Of a stretch of 64,000 bases of DNA, positions 23,147 through 35,094 are shown in pieces. A model generated the notes under the pieces. It did not search any database. It was not told the DNA's origin and saw nothing but the letters and a program-made list of their open reading frames with translations. Position numbers and translations under genes: made by a program. The DNA lies in assembly GCF_963921235.1 (NCBI RefSeq), contig NC_086098.1, positions 8,866,001-8,930,000 on the forward strand, read 5' to 3'. Within the stretch, counting starts at the first letter, position 1; every line of letters begins with the position of its first letter. This stretch comes from Mobula hypostoma. Lineage: Eukaryota.

Positions 23147-23835
23147 GGTTCGGAAACTGCACCACCCCGGATCGCAAGACCCTGCGGCGGATAGCGAGGT
23201 CAGCTGAAAAGATCATCGGGGTCTCTCTTCCCGCCATTACAGACATTTACACCACACGCTGCATCCGTAAAGCAAACAGCATTATGAAGGATCCTACACA
23301 CCCCTCATACAAACTCTTCTCACTCCTGCCATCTGGCAAAAGGCACCGAAGCATTCGGGCTCTCACGACCAGACTATGTAACAGTTTCTTCCCCCAGGCC
23401 ATCAGACTCCTCAATACCCAGAGCCTGGACTGACACCAACCTACTGGCCTCTACTGTGCCTATTGTCTTGTTTATCATTTATTGAAATGCCTGCACTGTT
23501 TTGTGCACTTTATGCAGTCCTGGGTAGGTCTGTAGACTAGTGTAGTTTTTTGTTTTTTTTTTACGTAGTTCAGTTAGTCCTGACGAAGGGTCTCGGCCCG
23601 AAACGTCAACTGTACCTCTTCTTAAAGATGCTGCCTGGCCTGCTGCGTTCACCAGCAACTTTGATGAGTGTGGTCTGTAGTCTAGTGTATTTTTTGTGTT
23701 TTTTTTTTAAGTAGTTCGGTGTAGTTTTTGTATTGTTCATGAAGCACCATGGTCCTGAAAAATGTTGTTTCGTTTCTACTGTGTACTGTACCAGCAGTTA
23801 TGGTCGAAATGACAATAAAAAGTGACTTGACTTGA
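23146..23835 (+). mobile_element. Rex1/Babar-like LINE 3' end
   Basis: WFGNCT..DRKTLRRI.RSAEKIIG..LP...DPTHPSYKLFSLLPSGKR...NSFFPQAIRLLN; tail AATAAAAAGT(GACTT)n. Confidence 0.8.
23576..23611 (+). ncRNA. Minimal type I hammerhead ribozyme motif (Penelope-type)
   Basis: AGTC-CTGACGA-A-GGGTC-TC-GGCCC-GAAA-CG-TC^-AACT: conserved core, stem II, palindromic ACGT stem III, stem I with one mismatch. Confidence 0.65.
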
Positions 23836-25070
23836 GATGGAGGATAGGCAGGTGATGGAGAAGGGATGCACTCAGACCGATGGTTTGAGATGTGTCTATT
23901 TTAATGCGAGGAGTATTATGAATAAAGCGGATGAGCTTAGAGCGTGGATCAGCACTTGGAGATATGATGTTGTGTCCATTACAGAGACTTGGATGGTGCA
24001 GGGGCAGGAATGGCTACTTCAAGTGCCAGGCTTTAGATGTTTCAGAAGGGATAGGGAGGGAAGCAAAAGAGGTTGGGACATGACACGGTTGATCAGAGAT
24101 AGTGTCATGACTGCAAAAAAGGAGGAAGTCTTGGAGGGGTTGTCTACGGAGTCTCTGTGGGTGGAGGTTAGGAACAGGAAAGAGTCAATAACTCTACTGG
24201 GTATTTGTTATAGACCACCCAATAGTAACAGGGACATCGAGGAGCATATAGGGAGACAGATTCTGGAAAGGAGTAATAATAACAGGGTTGTTGTGGTGGG
24301 AGATTTTAATTTCCCAAATATTGATTGACATATCCCTAGAGTGAGGGGTTTAAATGGGGTGAAGTTTGTTAGGTGTGTTCAGGAAGGTTTCTTGACACAG
24401 TATGTAGATAAGCCTACAAGAGGAGAGGCTGTACTTGATCTGGTATTGAGTCATTTGCAAGCTCAAGGAGTTGATCTTCCTCCCGCGCTGACATGGATGA
24501 TTCACCGGGGACATTCACAAATGTGTCACAGACCCATTCATTTGCACATCTTGAGTTACTGATGACATCACGTGCGTAATGACCTCACATGCGTTCAAGT
24601 TCAACAGTGCATGACAGGGAATGAGGAAAGGTGCAGCTGACTCATATCGTTTCATATCGCCAAATCATATCATTTCCTTGCGGCCCGGTAGCACATGCTT
24701 TGCAGCCTGGTAGTTGGGGACCGCTGCCCTAGAGCAAGGGGTTTAGAGGGGTAGAGTTTGTTAGGTGTGTTCAGGAAGGTTTCTTGACACAATATGTAGA
24801 TAAGCCTACAAGAGGAGCGGCTGTACTTGATCTGGTGTTGGGAAATGAACCTGGTCAGGTGTCAGATCTCTCAGTGGGAGAACATTTTGGAGACAGTGAT
24901 CACAATTCTATCTCCTTCACTGTAGCATTGAAGAGGGATAGGAACAGATAAGTTAGGAAAACATTTAATTGGAGTAATGGGAAATATGAGGCTATCAGGC
25001 AGGAATTTGGAAGCAAAAATTGGAATCAGATGTTCTCAGGGAAACGTATGGAAGAAATGTGGCAAATGTA
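23836..25070 (+). mobile_element. CR1 endonuclease-region fragment(s)
   Basis: YFNARSIMNK, SITETW, YRPPNS, VGDFNFP. Confidence 0.85.
24449..24726. mobile_element. hAT (Charlie-like) transposon right-end fragment
   Basis: Ends in GTTGGGGACCGCTG, the reverse complement of a CAGCGGTCCCCAAC hAT-type TIR, followed by CCCTAGAG. Confidence 0.55.
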
Positions 25071-25071
25071 A

Positions 25072-25312
25072 TCAAGGTTATGTGAAGCCATGGAAGCAGG
25101 TAGTGGATGGTCGTATGAGCAGCTGGTGCAGATCACAAGTCCTGGTTATGTGACCACTGGCACCAGGCAGACAATCTCTGAAGAGTATTGATAATGGCTG
25201 GGGTCACTTGTCTTGCAAAGGCACTGCCCAGAAAGCAATGGTAAACCTCTTCTGCAGAAAAACTTGCCAAGTGCGATCATGATTACATGACGCGACACAT
25301 AATGATGATGAG
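25072..25312 (+). mobile_element. RTE-derived short retroposon (related copy ~61862-62055)
   Basis: GCAATGGTAAACCTCTTCTG (RTE/BovB-like motif) and (ATG)n tail. GTCGTATGAGCAGCTGGTGCA is shared with the ~61940 copy. Confidence 0.5.
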
Positions 25313-26045
25313 GACTCATATTACAGATATCCTAAACAAACTGAGTGGACACAGAGTGCTCTCTTTTTGCACCACTTGAATTTTTTTATACTTCTCATTT
25401 TAACTTATAGTACATTTCATGTATTGCACTGTAATGATGCCAGAAAACAGAAATCTCATGGTGGATTGAATTGTGAAGCCATGGAATCAGAATTCTCGAA
25501 CTGGTGGATTGAAAACAGAAACTGGTGTGGAACATCGGCTCTTGTGCTCTGGAACTTGGTCCCAAAGAACCACAGCTCAAAGGTTTGCAGTTAAGGCTGC
25601 ATATGCTTCAGAGCCATTGCCCTTACAAACATTGAGAGCTGTAGAATGGAGAGCTTGGTGACTGGTTGCAGCTCAGCCTGGTGTGGAACCTCCAATGCAC
25701 AGGATCACAAGAGGCTGCAGAATCCACCAGCTCCATCACACACCAAGCCTTCGCACCATCCAGAACATCCTCAAAAGGTGATGCATTCATCACCAGAGAA
25801 CCAGGACTTCCCCTCTTCTCATTACTATCACCAGAGAGGAGTTCCAGGAGCCTCCGAACCAACACTCAATGATTTAGGAAAAGCTTCTTCCCCTCCGCCA
25901 TCAGATCTCCATGTGGTCCATGAACTCAAGAACATCACCTTCTTGTTTCCTTTATTGGACCCTTTTTCATATATGTTACTTATAAATCCAATGCACACTG
26001 TACCGATACCATGAAACAATACATTTCACATTATAGGTCTGTATA

Positions 26046-26962
26046 GGTCACATTGTAGGCCGTATCTCGGGTAATGATGAGTTTGAGTACAGAGAGGAAA
26101 TTAAGAACCTGGTGGCATGGTGCGAAAACAATAACCTATCCCTCAACGTCAGCAAGACGAAGGAATTGGTTGTTGACTTCAGAAGGAGTAGTGGACCGCA
26201 CGACCCAATTTACATCGGTGGTGTGCAAGTGGAACAGATCAAAAGCTTTAAGTTCCTCGGGGTCAATATCACAAATGATCTGACTTGGTCCAGTCAAGTA
26301 GAGTTCACTGCCAAGAAGGCCCACCAGCGCCTTTACTTCCTGAGAAAACTAAAGAAATTTGGCCTTTCCCCTAAAACCCTCACTAATTTTTATTGATGCA
26401 CCATAGATAGCATTCTTCTAGGGTGCATCACAACCTGGTATGGAAGCTGTCCTGTCCAAGACTGAAAGAAGCTGCAGAAGATCGTGAACACGATGCAGCA
26501 CATCACACAAACCAACCTTCCGTCCTTGGACTCAGTTTACACCGCACGCTGTTGGAGCAGTTCTGCCAGGATAATCAAGGACACGACCCACCCAACCAAC
26601 ACACTTTTCGTCCCTCTTCCCTCCGGGAGAAGGCTCAGGAGCTTGAAGACTCATACGGCCAGATTTGGGAACAGCTTCTTTCCAACTGTGATAGGACTGC
26701 TGAACGGATCCTGACCCGGATCTGGGCCGTACCCTCCAAATATCCGGACCTGCCTCTTGGTTTTTTTTGCACTACCTTACTTTCCATTTTTCTATTTTCT
26801 ATTTATGATTTATAATTTAAATTTTTAATATTTACAAATTTTTACTATTTTTAACATATAATATTTGTAATCCAGGGAGCGGAAAGCGCAGAATCAAATA
26901 TCGCTGTGATGATTGTACGTTCTAGTATCAATTGTTTGGCGACAATAAAGTATAAAGTATAA
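26046..26962 (+). mobile_element. Rex1/Babar-like LINE 3' part
   Basis: WCENNNLSLNVSKTKELVVDFRR, FKFLGVNI, KAHQRLYFLRKL, NSFFPTVIGLLN; (AAAGTAT)n tail. Confidence 0.85.
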
Positions 26963-27159
26963 TAAACCTGATTCTGATTCCGATTCTCCTCATCTCCCCG
27001 GTGAAGGCCATCCTGGGCTGCAGTTTGCATTGATGTAACTCAGAATCAAATCTAATATCATTGGTATATGTCGTGGAATGTGTTGTTCTGCGGCAGCCAC
27101 GCATTGCAATACATAATAGTGAAAACTATAAATTACAATAAGTATATCTAAAAAAATAC

Positions 27160-27700
27160 AAAGTTCAAAAGTTCAAAGCAAACTTATTATCAAAGTGCAT
27201 GTCACTATACACAACCTTGAAATTCATTTTCTTGTGAGCATTCTCAATGAATCCATATTAGGATAATAACCATAAGAGAAACAGTTTGAAAGACTGCACC
27301 ATCTCGGACCCTCAGCCAATGTGCCAAAGACAACAACCTGTGCAAATATAAAAAGAAAAAGGAAATAACAATAATAATAAATAAACGATAAAGATCGAAA
27401 ACAGAAGACGAAGAGTTCTTGAAAGTAAGTCTATAGGTTGTGAGATAATTTCAATGATAGTTTAAGTGAGGTTGAATGAATTTATCCCTTCTGGCTCAAG
27501 GGCCAGATGGTTGAGGGGTAATAACTGTTCCTGAACCTGTTGGTGTGAGTCCTGAGGCTCCTGTACCTTCTCCCTGGTGGCAGCAGTGAGAAGAGGGCAC
27601 GTCCTGGGTGGTGGGGGTCCCTGATGTTGGATGCTGCATTCTCATGACAACGTTTCCTGTCGAAGTACTCAATGGTTGGGATGGCGTTACCCATTGTGCG
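27160..27700 (-). mobile_element. Rex1/Babar-like LINE 3' fragment
   Basis: IRDPHHPGRALFSLLPPGRRYRSLRTHTNRFRNSYYP. Confidence 0.75.
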
Positions 27701-28122
27701 TTTGATCTTGAGGGATTGTGCAGAGTACACCAGGGTACCAGCATGCAGGATAAAATACCTATTCAATCTTTCCTTATAACTCAGTCCTCCAGACCCAGCA
27801 ACATCCTTGTTAATTTTCTCTGTAACCTTTCAACCTTATTTTACATCTTTCCCATAGGTAGGTGACCAAAACTACAAACAATACTCCAAAATATGACCTG
27901 TACATCCTTGCGGGCAGGTTTGCTTGAGCTGTCTGGGAGGGTTTAGACTAATTTGACAGGGGTCTGGGACCTGGAGTGATAGTGCTGTGGATCGGGTAGC
28001 TGGTTTACAAACACAGGCAGTGCAGTGTGTAGTGAGACTGCTAGCAAGGAGAGGTTGATGATAGGGCAAAATTGCAGTCAAAGGGCAATGTTATGATAGT
28101 CATGGGGGATTTCAATACATGT

Positions 28123-31100
28123 GTATCAGGTCCAGAATATTCTGAAGGGGGAGGGTGAGCAGCCAGTTGTCTTGGTACATGTTGGTACCAATGACATAGA
28201 TAGGACAAAGGAGGAGGTCCTGAAGAGAAATTTCTGGGAGTTAGGATGGAAGCGGAGAAGCAGGACCTCCAGGGTAGTAATCTTGGGATTGCTATCTCTG
28301 CCATGTGCTAGCGAGGGCAAGAATAGTTGGATCAGGCAGATGAATGCACGGCTGAGAGACTGGTGCAGGGGGCAGGGCTTCAGATTCTTGGATCATTGGA
28401 ATCTCTTCCAGGGGAAGTATGATGGGTTATACCTGAACCCGAAGGGGATCAATATCCTGGCGGGAAAGCTTAATAGAGCTGTTAGGGAGGGTTTAAACTA
28501 ATTTGGCAGGGGGATGGGAACCAGAATGATAGAGCGGAGAAGGGGGAAAACAGAAATAAATCTAAGATAGTGAGCAGTAAAGATGTCAGGAAAGACAGGC
28601 AGGTGATGGGGCAAATTTGTAGCCATTGGGATGAGTTGCAGTGCAATAAAGTTGCAGTGAAATCAAAGCGAAAAGTACCAAATACTGGTCTTAAGGTGTT
28701 ATACTTAAATGCATGCAGCATAAGGAATAAGGTGGATGATCTTGTCGTACAGCTACAGATTAGCAGGTATGATATTGTGGCCATCACTGAGACGTGGCTA
28801 AAGGATGCATGTCTCTGGGAGCTGAACGTCCAAGGATACACGGTGTATCGGAAGGATAGGAAGGTAGGCAGAGGGGGAGGCATGGTTTTATTGGTAAGAA
28901 ATTATATTAAATCATTAGAAAGAGGTGACATACGATCGGAAGGTACAGAATCGTTATGGGTTGAGCTAAGAGATCACAGGGATAAAAGGACCCTGATGGC
29001 AGTTATATACAGGCATCCCAACAGCTGCCGTGATGTGGACTACAAATTACAACTGGAAATAGAAAAGGCTTGTCAAAATGGCAGTGTTATGATAATTGTA
29101 GGGAATTTTAACATGCGAGTGGATTGGGAAAATCAGGTCAGCACTGGATCTCAAGAGAGAGAATTTGTAGAATGTCTGCGAGATGGCTTTTTAGAACAGC
29201 TTGTTGTTGAGCCCACTAGGGGATCGGCTGTACTGGATTGGGTATTGTGTAATGAACCGGAGGTGATTGGAGAGATTGAGGTGAAGGAACCCTTAGGAGA
29301 CAGTGATCATAACATGACTGAGTTCACTGTGAAATTTGAAAATGAGAAGCCAAAATCCGATGTGTCGGTATTTCAGCGGAGTAAAGGAAATTACAGTGGC
29401 ATGAGAGAGGAACTGGCCAAAGTTGACTGGAAATGAACACTAGCGGGAAAGACGGCAGAGCAGCAGTGGCTGGAGTTTATGCGAGAAGTGAGGAAGGTGC
29501 AAGACAGATATATTCCAAAAAAGAAGAAATTTTCTAATGGAAAAAGGATACAACCGTGGCTGACAAGAGAAGTCAAAGCCAAAGTTAAATCAAAGGAGAG
29601 GGCATACAAGGAAGCAAAAATTAGTGGGAAGACAGGATTGGGAAGTTTTTAAAAGCTTGCAAAAGGAAACTAAGAAGGTCATCAAGAGGGAAAAGATGAA
29701 CTATGAAAAGAAGCTAGCAAATAATATCAAAGAGACTATTAAAAGCTTTTTCAAGTATATAAAGAGTAAAAGACAGGTGAGAGTAGATATAGGACCGATA
29801 GAAAATGATGCTGGAGAAATTGTAATGGGAGATAAGGAGATAGCGGAGGAACTAAATGAGTATTTTGCATCAGTCTTCACTGAGGAAGACATCAACAGTA
29901 TACCGCACACTCAAGGGTGGCAGGGAAGAGAAGTGTGCGGAGTCACAATTACGACAGAGAAAGTACTCAGGAAGCTGAATAGTCTAAAGGTAGATAAATC
30001 TCCTGGACCAGATGGAATGCACCCTCGTGTTGTGAAGGAAGTAGCTGTGGAGATTGCGGAGGCATTAGCAATGATCTTTCAAAAGTCAATAGATTCTGGC
30101 ATGGTTCTGGAGGACTGGAAGATTGAAAATGTCACTCTGCTATTTAAGAAGGGGGCAAGGAAGCAAAAAGGAAATTATAGACTGTTAGCTTGACATTGGT
30201 GGTTGGGAAGTTGTTGGAGTCGATTGTCAAGGATGAGGTTATGGAGTACATATGAAATCCTGCCTGACAAACCTGTTGCAATTTTTTTGAGGAAATTACA
30301 AGTAGGCTAGACAAGGGAGATGCAGTGGATTTTGTGTATTTGGATTTTCAGAAGGCCTTTGACAAGGTGCCGCACATGAGGCTACTTAACAAGATAAGAG
30401 CCCATGGAATTACAGGAAAGTTACATACGTGAATAGAGCGTTGGCTGATTGGCAGGAAGCAGAAAGTGGGAATAAACGGATCCCATTCTGGTTGGCTGCC
30501 GGTTACCAGTAGTGTTCCACATGGGTCCGTTTTGGGGCCACTTCTTTTTACGTTGTACTTCAACGATTTGGATTATGGAATAGATGGCTTTGTGACTAAG
30601 TTTGCTGATGATACAAAGATAGGTAGAGGGGCCAGTAGTGCTGAGGAAACAGAGTCTGCAGAGAGATTTGGATAGATTGGGAGAATGGGCAAAGAAGTGG
30701 CAAATGAAATATAATGTTGGAAATTGTATGGTTATGCACTTTGGCAGAAGAAAAAAATGGGCAGACTATTATTTAAATGGGGAGAAAGTTCAAAGTTCTG
30801 AGATGCAACGGGACTTGGGAGTCCTTGTGCCTTCAAGTTAACCCCCAGGTTGAGTCAGTAGTGAAGAAGGCGAATGCAATGTTTGCATTCATTTCTAGAG
30901 GAATAGAGTATAGGAGCAGGGATGTGATGTTGAGGCTCTATAAGGCGCTGGTGAGACGTCACTTGGAGTACTGTGTGCAGTTTTGGTCTCCTTATTTAAG
31001 AAAGGATGTGCTGACGTTGGAGAGGGTACAGAGAAGATTCACTAGAATGATTCCGGGAATGAGAGGGTTAACATATGAGGAACGTTTGTCCGCTCTTGGA

Positions 31101-31516
31101 CTGTACTCCCTGTAGTTTAGAAGAATGAGGGGAGACCTCATAGAAACATTTCAAATGTTGAAAGGCATGGACAGAGCAGATGTGGCAAAGTTGTTTCCCA
31201 TGGTGGGGGTATCTAGTATGAGAGGGCATGACTTAAGGATTGAAGGGCGTCCATTCAGAACAGAGATGCAAAGAAATTTTTTTAGCCAGAGGGTGGTGAA
31301 TCTGTGGAATTTGTTGCCATGGGCTGCAGTGGAGGTCAAGTCATTGGGTGTATTTAAGGCAGAGGTTGATAGGTATCTGAGTAGCCAGGGCATCAAAGGT
31401 TATGGTGAGAAGGCAGGGGAGTGGGACTAGACAGGAGAATGGATCAGCTCATGATAAAATGGCGGAGCAGACTTGATGGGCCGAATGGCTGACTTCTGCT
31501 CCTTTGTCTTATGGTG
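28123..31516 (+). mobile_element. CR1 (third subfamily), ORF1 C-terminus to 3' end, disrupted
   Basis: HVGTND and DGLYL (ORF1, stop 28501); endonuclease ORF 28570-29436; RT motifs to 31430; CTTATG tail. Confidence 0.92.
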
Positions 31517-34345
31517 TAGATTGGGAAAATCAGATTGGTGCAGGATCCCCAAGAGGGGATTTTCTAGATTGCATTCAAAATGGCTTTTTAGAGCAGCTCG
31601 TGATTGAGCCTAGCTATTCTGGGCTGGGTGTTGTGTAATGAACCGGAATTGATTAGAGAGCTTAAAATAAAAGAACCCTTGGGGCAAGTGATCACAACAT
31701 AATTGAATTCACCTTAAATTTGAGGAGAAGCCAAAGTCAGATGCATCGGTATTACAGCAGGTTAAAGGGAAGTACAGATGCATGAGGGAGGAACTGGCCA
31801 AAATTGATTGGAAGAGAATGGATGACATCAAAATTGTAATGGCTGAGATTTCTGGAAGCAATTTGGAAGGTGCAGAACATATACATCCCAAATAAGTTTT
31901 CTAATGGCGAGATGATGCAACCATGGCTAACAAGAGATGTCAAAGCCAACATAAAAGCCAAAGAGATGGCATATAATACAGCAAAAAAATAGTGTGATTG
32001 GAAAGCTTTTAAAAACCAACAGAAGGCAATTAAAAACATCATTAAGGTAAAGATGGAATATGAAAGTAAACTAGCAAATAATATTAAAGAGGATCCAAAA
32101 GTTTCTTCAGATACATAATTTTTCAATGAGATGCGAGAGTAGATATTCTCCATTGGAAAACAATGCTGAAGGGGTAGTAATGGGGGGACAAGGAAATGGG
32201 AGACAAACTGAGTAAGTATTTTGCATCAGTCTTCACTGTGGAAGACACTAGCAGAATGCTGGAAGCTTGAGAGTGTCAGAGGCAGAAGTGTATGAAGCTG
32301 CAATTACTGGAGAGAGTGTTTTGGGAAACTGAAAGGTCTGAAGGTAGAAAAATCAGTCGGACCTGATGAAATGCACCTCAGAGTTCTGAAAGAGGTGGCT
32401 GAAGAGATTATGGAGATCATTAGTAATGACCTTTCAAGATTCAATTGATTCTGGCATGGTTCTGGAAGTCTGAAAAATTGCTAATGTCACTCCACTCTTC
32501 AAGAAAGGAGAGAGTCAGAAGAAAGGAAACTATAAACTCGTTGGTCTGACCTCAGTGCTTTGGAAGACTTTGGAGTCAATTGTTAAGGATGTGGTTTCGG
32601 GGTACTTGGAGCCACATGACAAAATAGGCCGTAGTCAGCATAGTTTTCGTAAGGACGTGGCATCAAAGGTTATAGGGAGAAGGCTGGGAACTGTGGTAGA
32701 GGAGGAGAGAAAAACAGATCAGCCATGATTGAATGGTGGAACAGACTCGATGGGCCAGATGGCCTAATTCTGCCCCTATGTCTTATGGTCTTCTGGTCTA
32801 AAGCTTGCCTGACAAATCTGTTGGAATTCTTTAAAGAAATAACAAGCAGGATAGACAAAAGAGAATCAGTGGATGTTGTACACTTGGATTTTCAGAAGGC
32901 CTTTGCCACACCTGAGGCTGCTTAACAAGTTAAGAACCCATGGTATTATAGGAAAGATTCTAGCATGGATTGAACATTAGCTGATTGGCAGGGGTCAAAA
33001 AGTGGGAATAAAGGGAATCTTTCCTGGTTGGCTGGCAGTGAATGTGGAGTTCCACAGGGGTCTGTGTTGGGACCATTTCTTTTTATGTCAATGATTTGTA
33101 TAATCAAATTGATGGCTTTATGGCCGATGATGATACGAAGATAGGTGGAGGGGCAGATGGTGTTGAGGAAGCAGAGAGTCTGCAAAGGTGCTGAGACAGA
33201 TTAGAAGAATGGGCAAAGAAGTGGCAAATGGAATATAGTGTTGGGAAGTGGATGGTCGGGCACTTTGGTAGAAGAAATGAAAGAGTTGACTATTTTCTAA
33301 AGGAGAGAAAATTCAAAAATCTGAGGTGCAAGTCTTTATGCAGGATTCTCTAAAGGCTAATCTGCAGGTTGAATTGGTAGTGGGAAGGCAAGTGCAAGTC
33401 AAGAGGACAAGAATATAAAAGTAAGGATATAATGTTGAGGCTACATAAAGCACAGGTGAGGCCTCACTTGGGGTATTGTGAGCAGCTTTGATCCCCTTAT
33501 CTTAGGAAAGATGTGCTGACATTGGACGGGGTTCAAGGGAGTTTCACGAAAATAATTCCAGGATTGACAGGCTTGTCATATGAAAAATGTTTTTTATGGT
33601 TTTGGCCCTATTTATAGGCATCCGTTAGTCTCGCAAGACCATGGATTTGCACCTTGGAAGGTTTCCAGGGCACAGGCCTGGGCAAGGTTGTATGGAAGAC
33701 CGGCAGTTGCCTATGCTGCAAGTCTCCCCTCTCCACGCCACAGATGTTGTCCAAGGGAAGGGCACTAGGACCCATACAGCTTGGCACCGGTGTTGTCACA
33801 GAGCAATGTGTGGTTAAATACCTTGTTCAAGGACACAACACGCTGTCTCAACCAAGGCTCGAAGTAGCAACCTTCAGATCACTAGACGAACGCCTTAACC
33901 ACTTGGCCACGCACCAACACTTGGCCCTATACGCACCAGAATTCAGAAGAATGAGGTGTGACCTCATTGTAACCTATCAAATATTGAAAGGCCTCGATAG
34001 AGTGGATGTGGAGAGGATGTTCCCTATAGTGGGGGAGTCTAAGATCAGAGGACACAGCCTCAGAATAGAGGGATGTCCATTTAGAACGGAGACGAGGAGG
34101 AATTTCTTTAGCCAGAGAGTGGTGAATCTGTGGTATCTGTTACCACAGGCGGCTGTGGAGGCCAAGTCACTGGGTATATTTAAGGCAGAGGTTGATAGAT
34201 TCTTTCTTAATCAGGGCATGAAGGGTTACAGGGAGAAGGCAGAAAAATGGAGCTGAGAGGGAAAGTGTATCAGCCATGATGAAATGTGGAGCAGACTCGA
34301 TGGGCCAAATGGCCCAATTCTGCTCCTATACCTTATGGCCTTATG
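31517..34345 (+). mobile_element. Heavily degraded CR1 ORF2 with nested SINE
   Basis: LDFQKAF, CLTNLLEFF, RRNFFSQRVVNLW; (CTTATGG)n tail at ~34332-34346. Confidence 0.8.
33612..33920 (-). mobile_element. Second copy of the CORE-type SINE, 10-bp TSD
   Basis: Colinear with 11911-12226. TSD TTGGCCCTAT at 33602-33611 / 33921-33930. Confidence 0.85.
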
Positions 34346-34584
34346 GAAAGCTGGCATGAAAAGCACAGTGGAAAAAGTGAGAAGCCACATTAGTTAAAAA
34401 GAGCAGATGAAACCTTTCATCCCACTCCGCCCCCGCTGCACTTAATGACTCCAGTATCCACAACTGATACGGCAACAGTCAGTGGGCTGTAATCTAGCCA
34501 TTAATCAGAAAGTTCTGCATGAGACATTGCATGTTTGTCCATGGGTGAAGGTGATAATGGAAAGGATTGCAGATGCTGAAATGA

Positions 34585-34830
34585 GGGTGGCATAGCAGTT
34601 GGCATAACGCTGTCACAGCACAAGCAGCTCAGGATCAATTCCGGCCTCTGTCTGTCAGGGGTTTGTACATTTTCCCTGTAACCATGTGGGCTCTCTGTGC
34701 GCTCTGGTTTTCTCCTACATTGCAAAAAGCATAAGATTTGATGGGTTGATTGGTCACAAGGGTGTAATTGGGTGCTACTGGTTAACTGGGCCAGTAGGGC
34801 CTGTTACTGTGCTGTCTCCTTAAGAAAACA
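34585..34830 (+). mobile_element. HE1-like V-SINE (old)
   Basis: tRNA-like head, V-like domain GTTTGTACATTTTCCCTGTAACCATGTGGG, CR1-like tail GGGCCTGTTACTGTGCTG. Confidence 0.6.
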
Positions 34831-35094
34831 AAATTAAAACTACATAGAACACATGGTAAGATGGAACTATTATTGTCTTTGGCGGTGTAAGGGAGGAGTT
34901 TCCTTATTCCATGCTCATGTAGGTAAAACTTACTCTGTTGTCTTGTGCTTTTAGCATGGTTGTACATGCTAACATCGCATGTACACAATCCCAACACAAG
35001 TCCAAATACTGAAACTGATGCCCACCTTGACACAAGGTGCAAAATCAGCAAATCTGATTCTATTCAACATGCTGGCTCAAATCAGGCTGGACTT

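Noticed and set aside
33654..34256. 200-aa ORF as a novel chimeric protein (likewise 22978-23433 and 16437-16832)
   Set aside because: Accidental read-through across nested element junctions.
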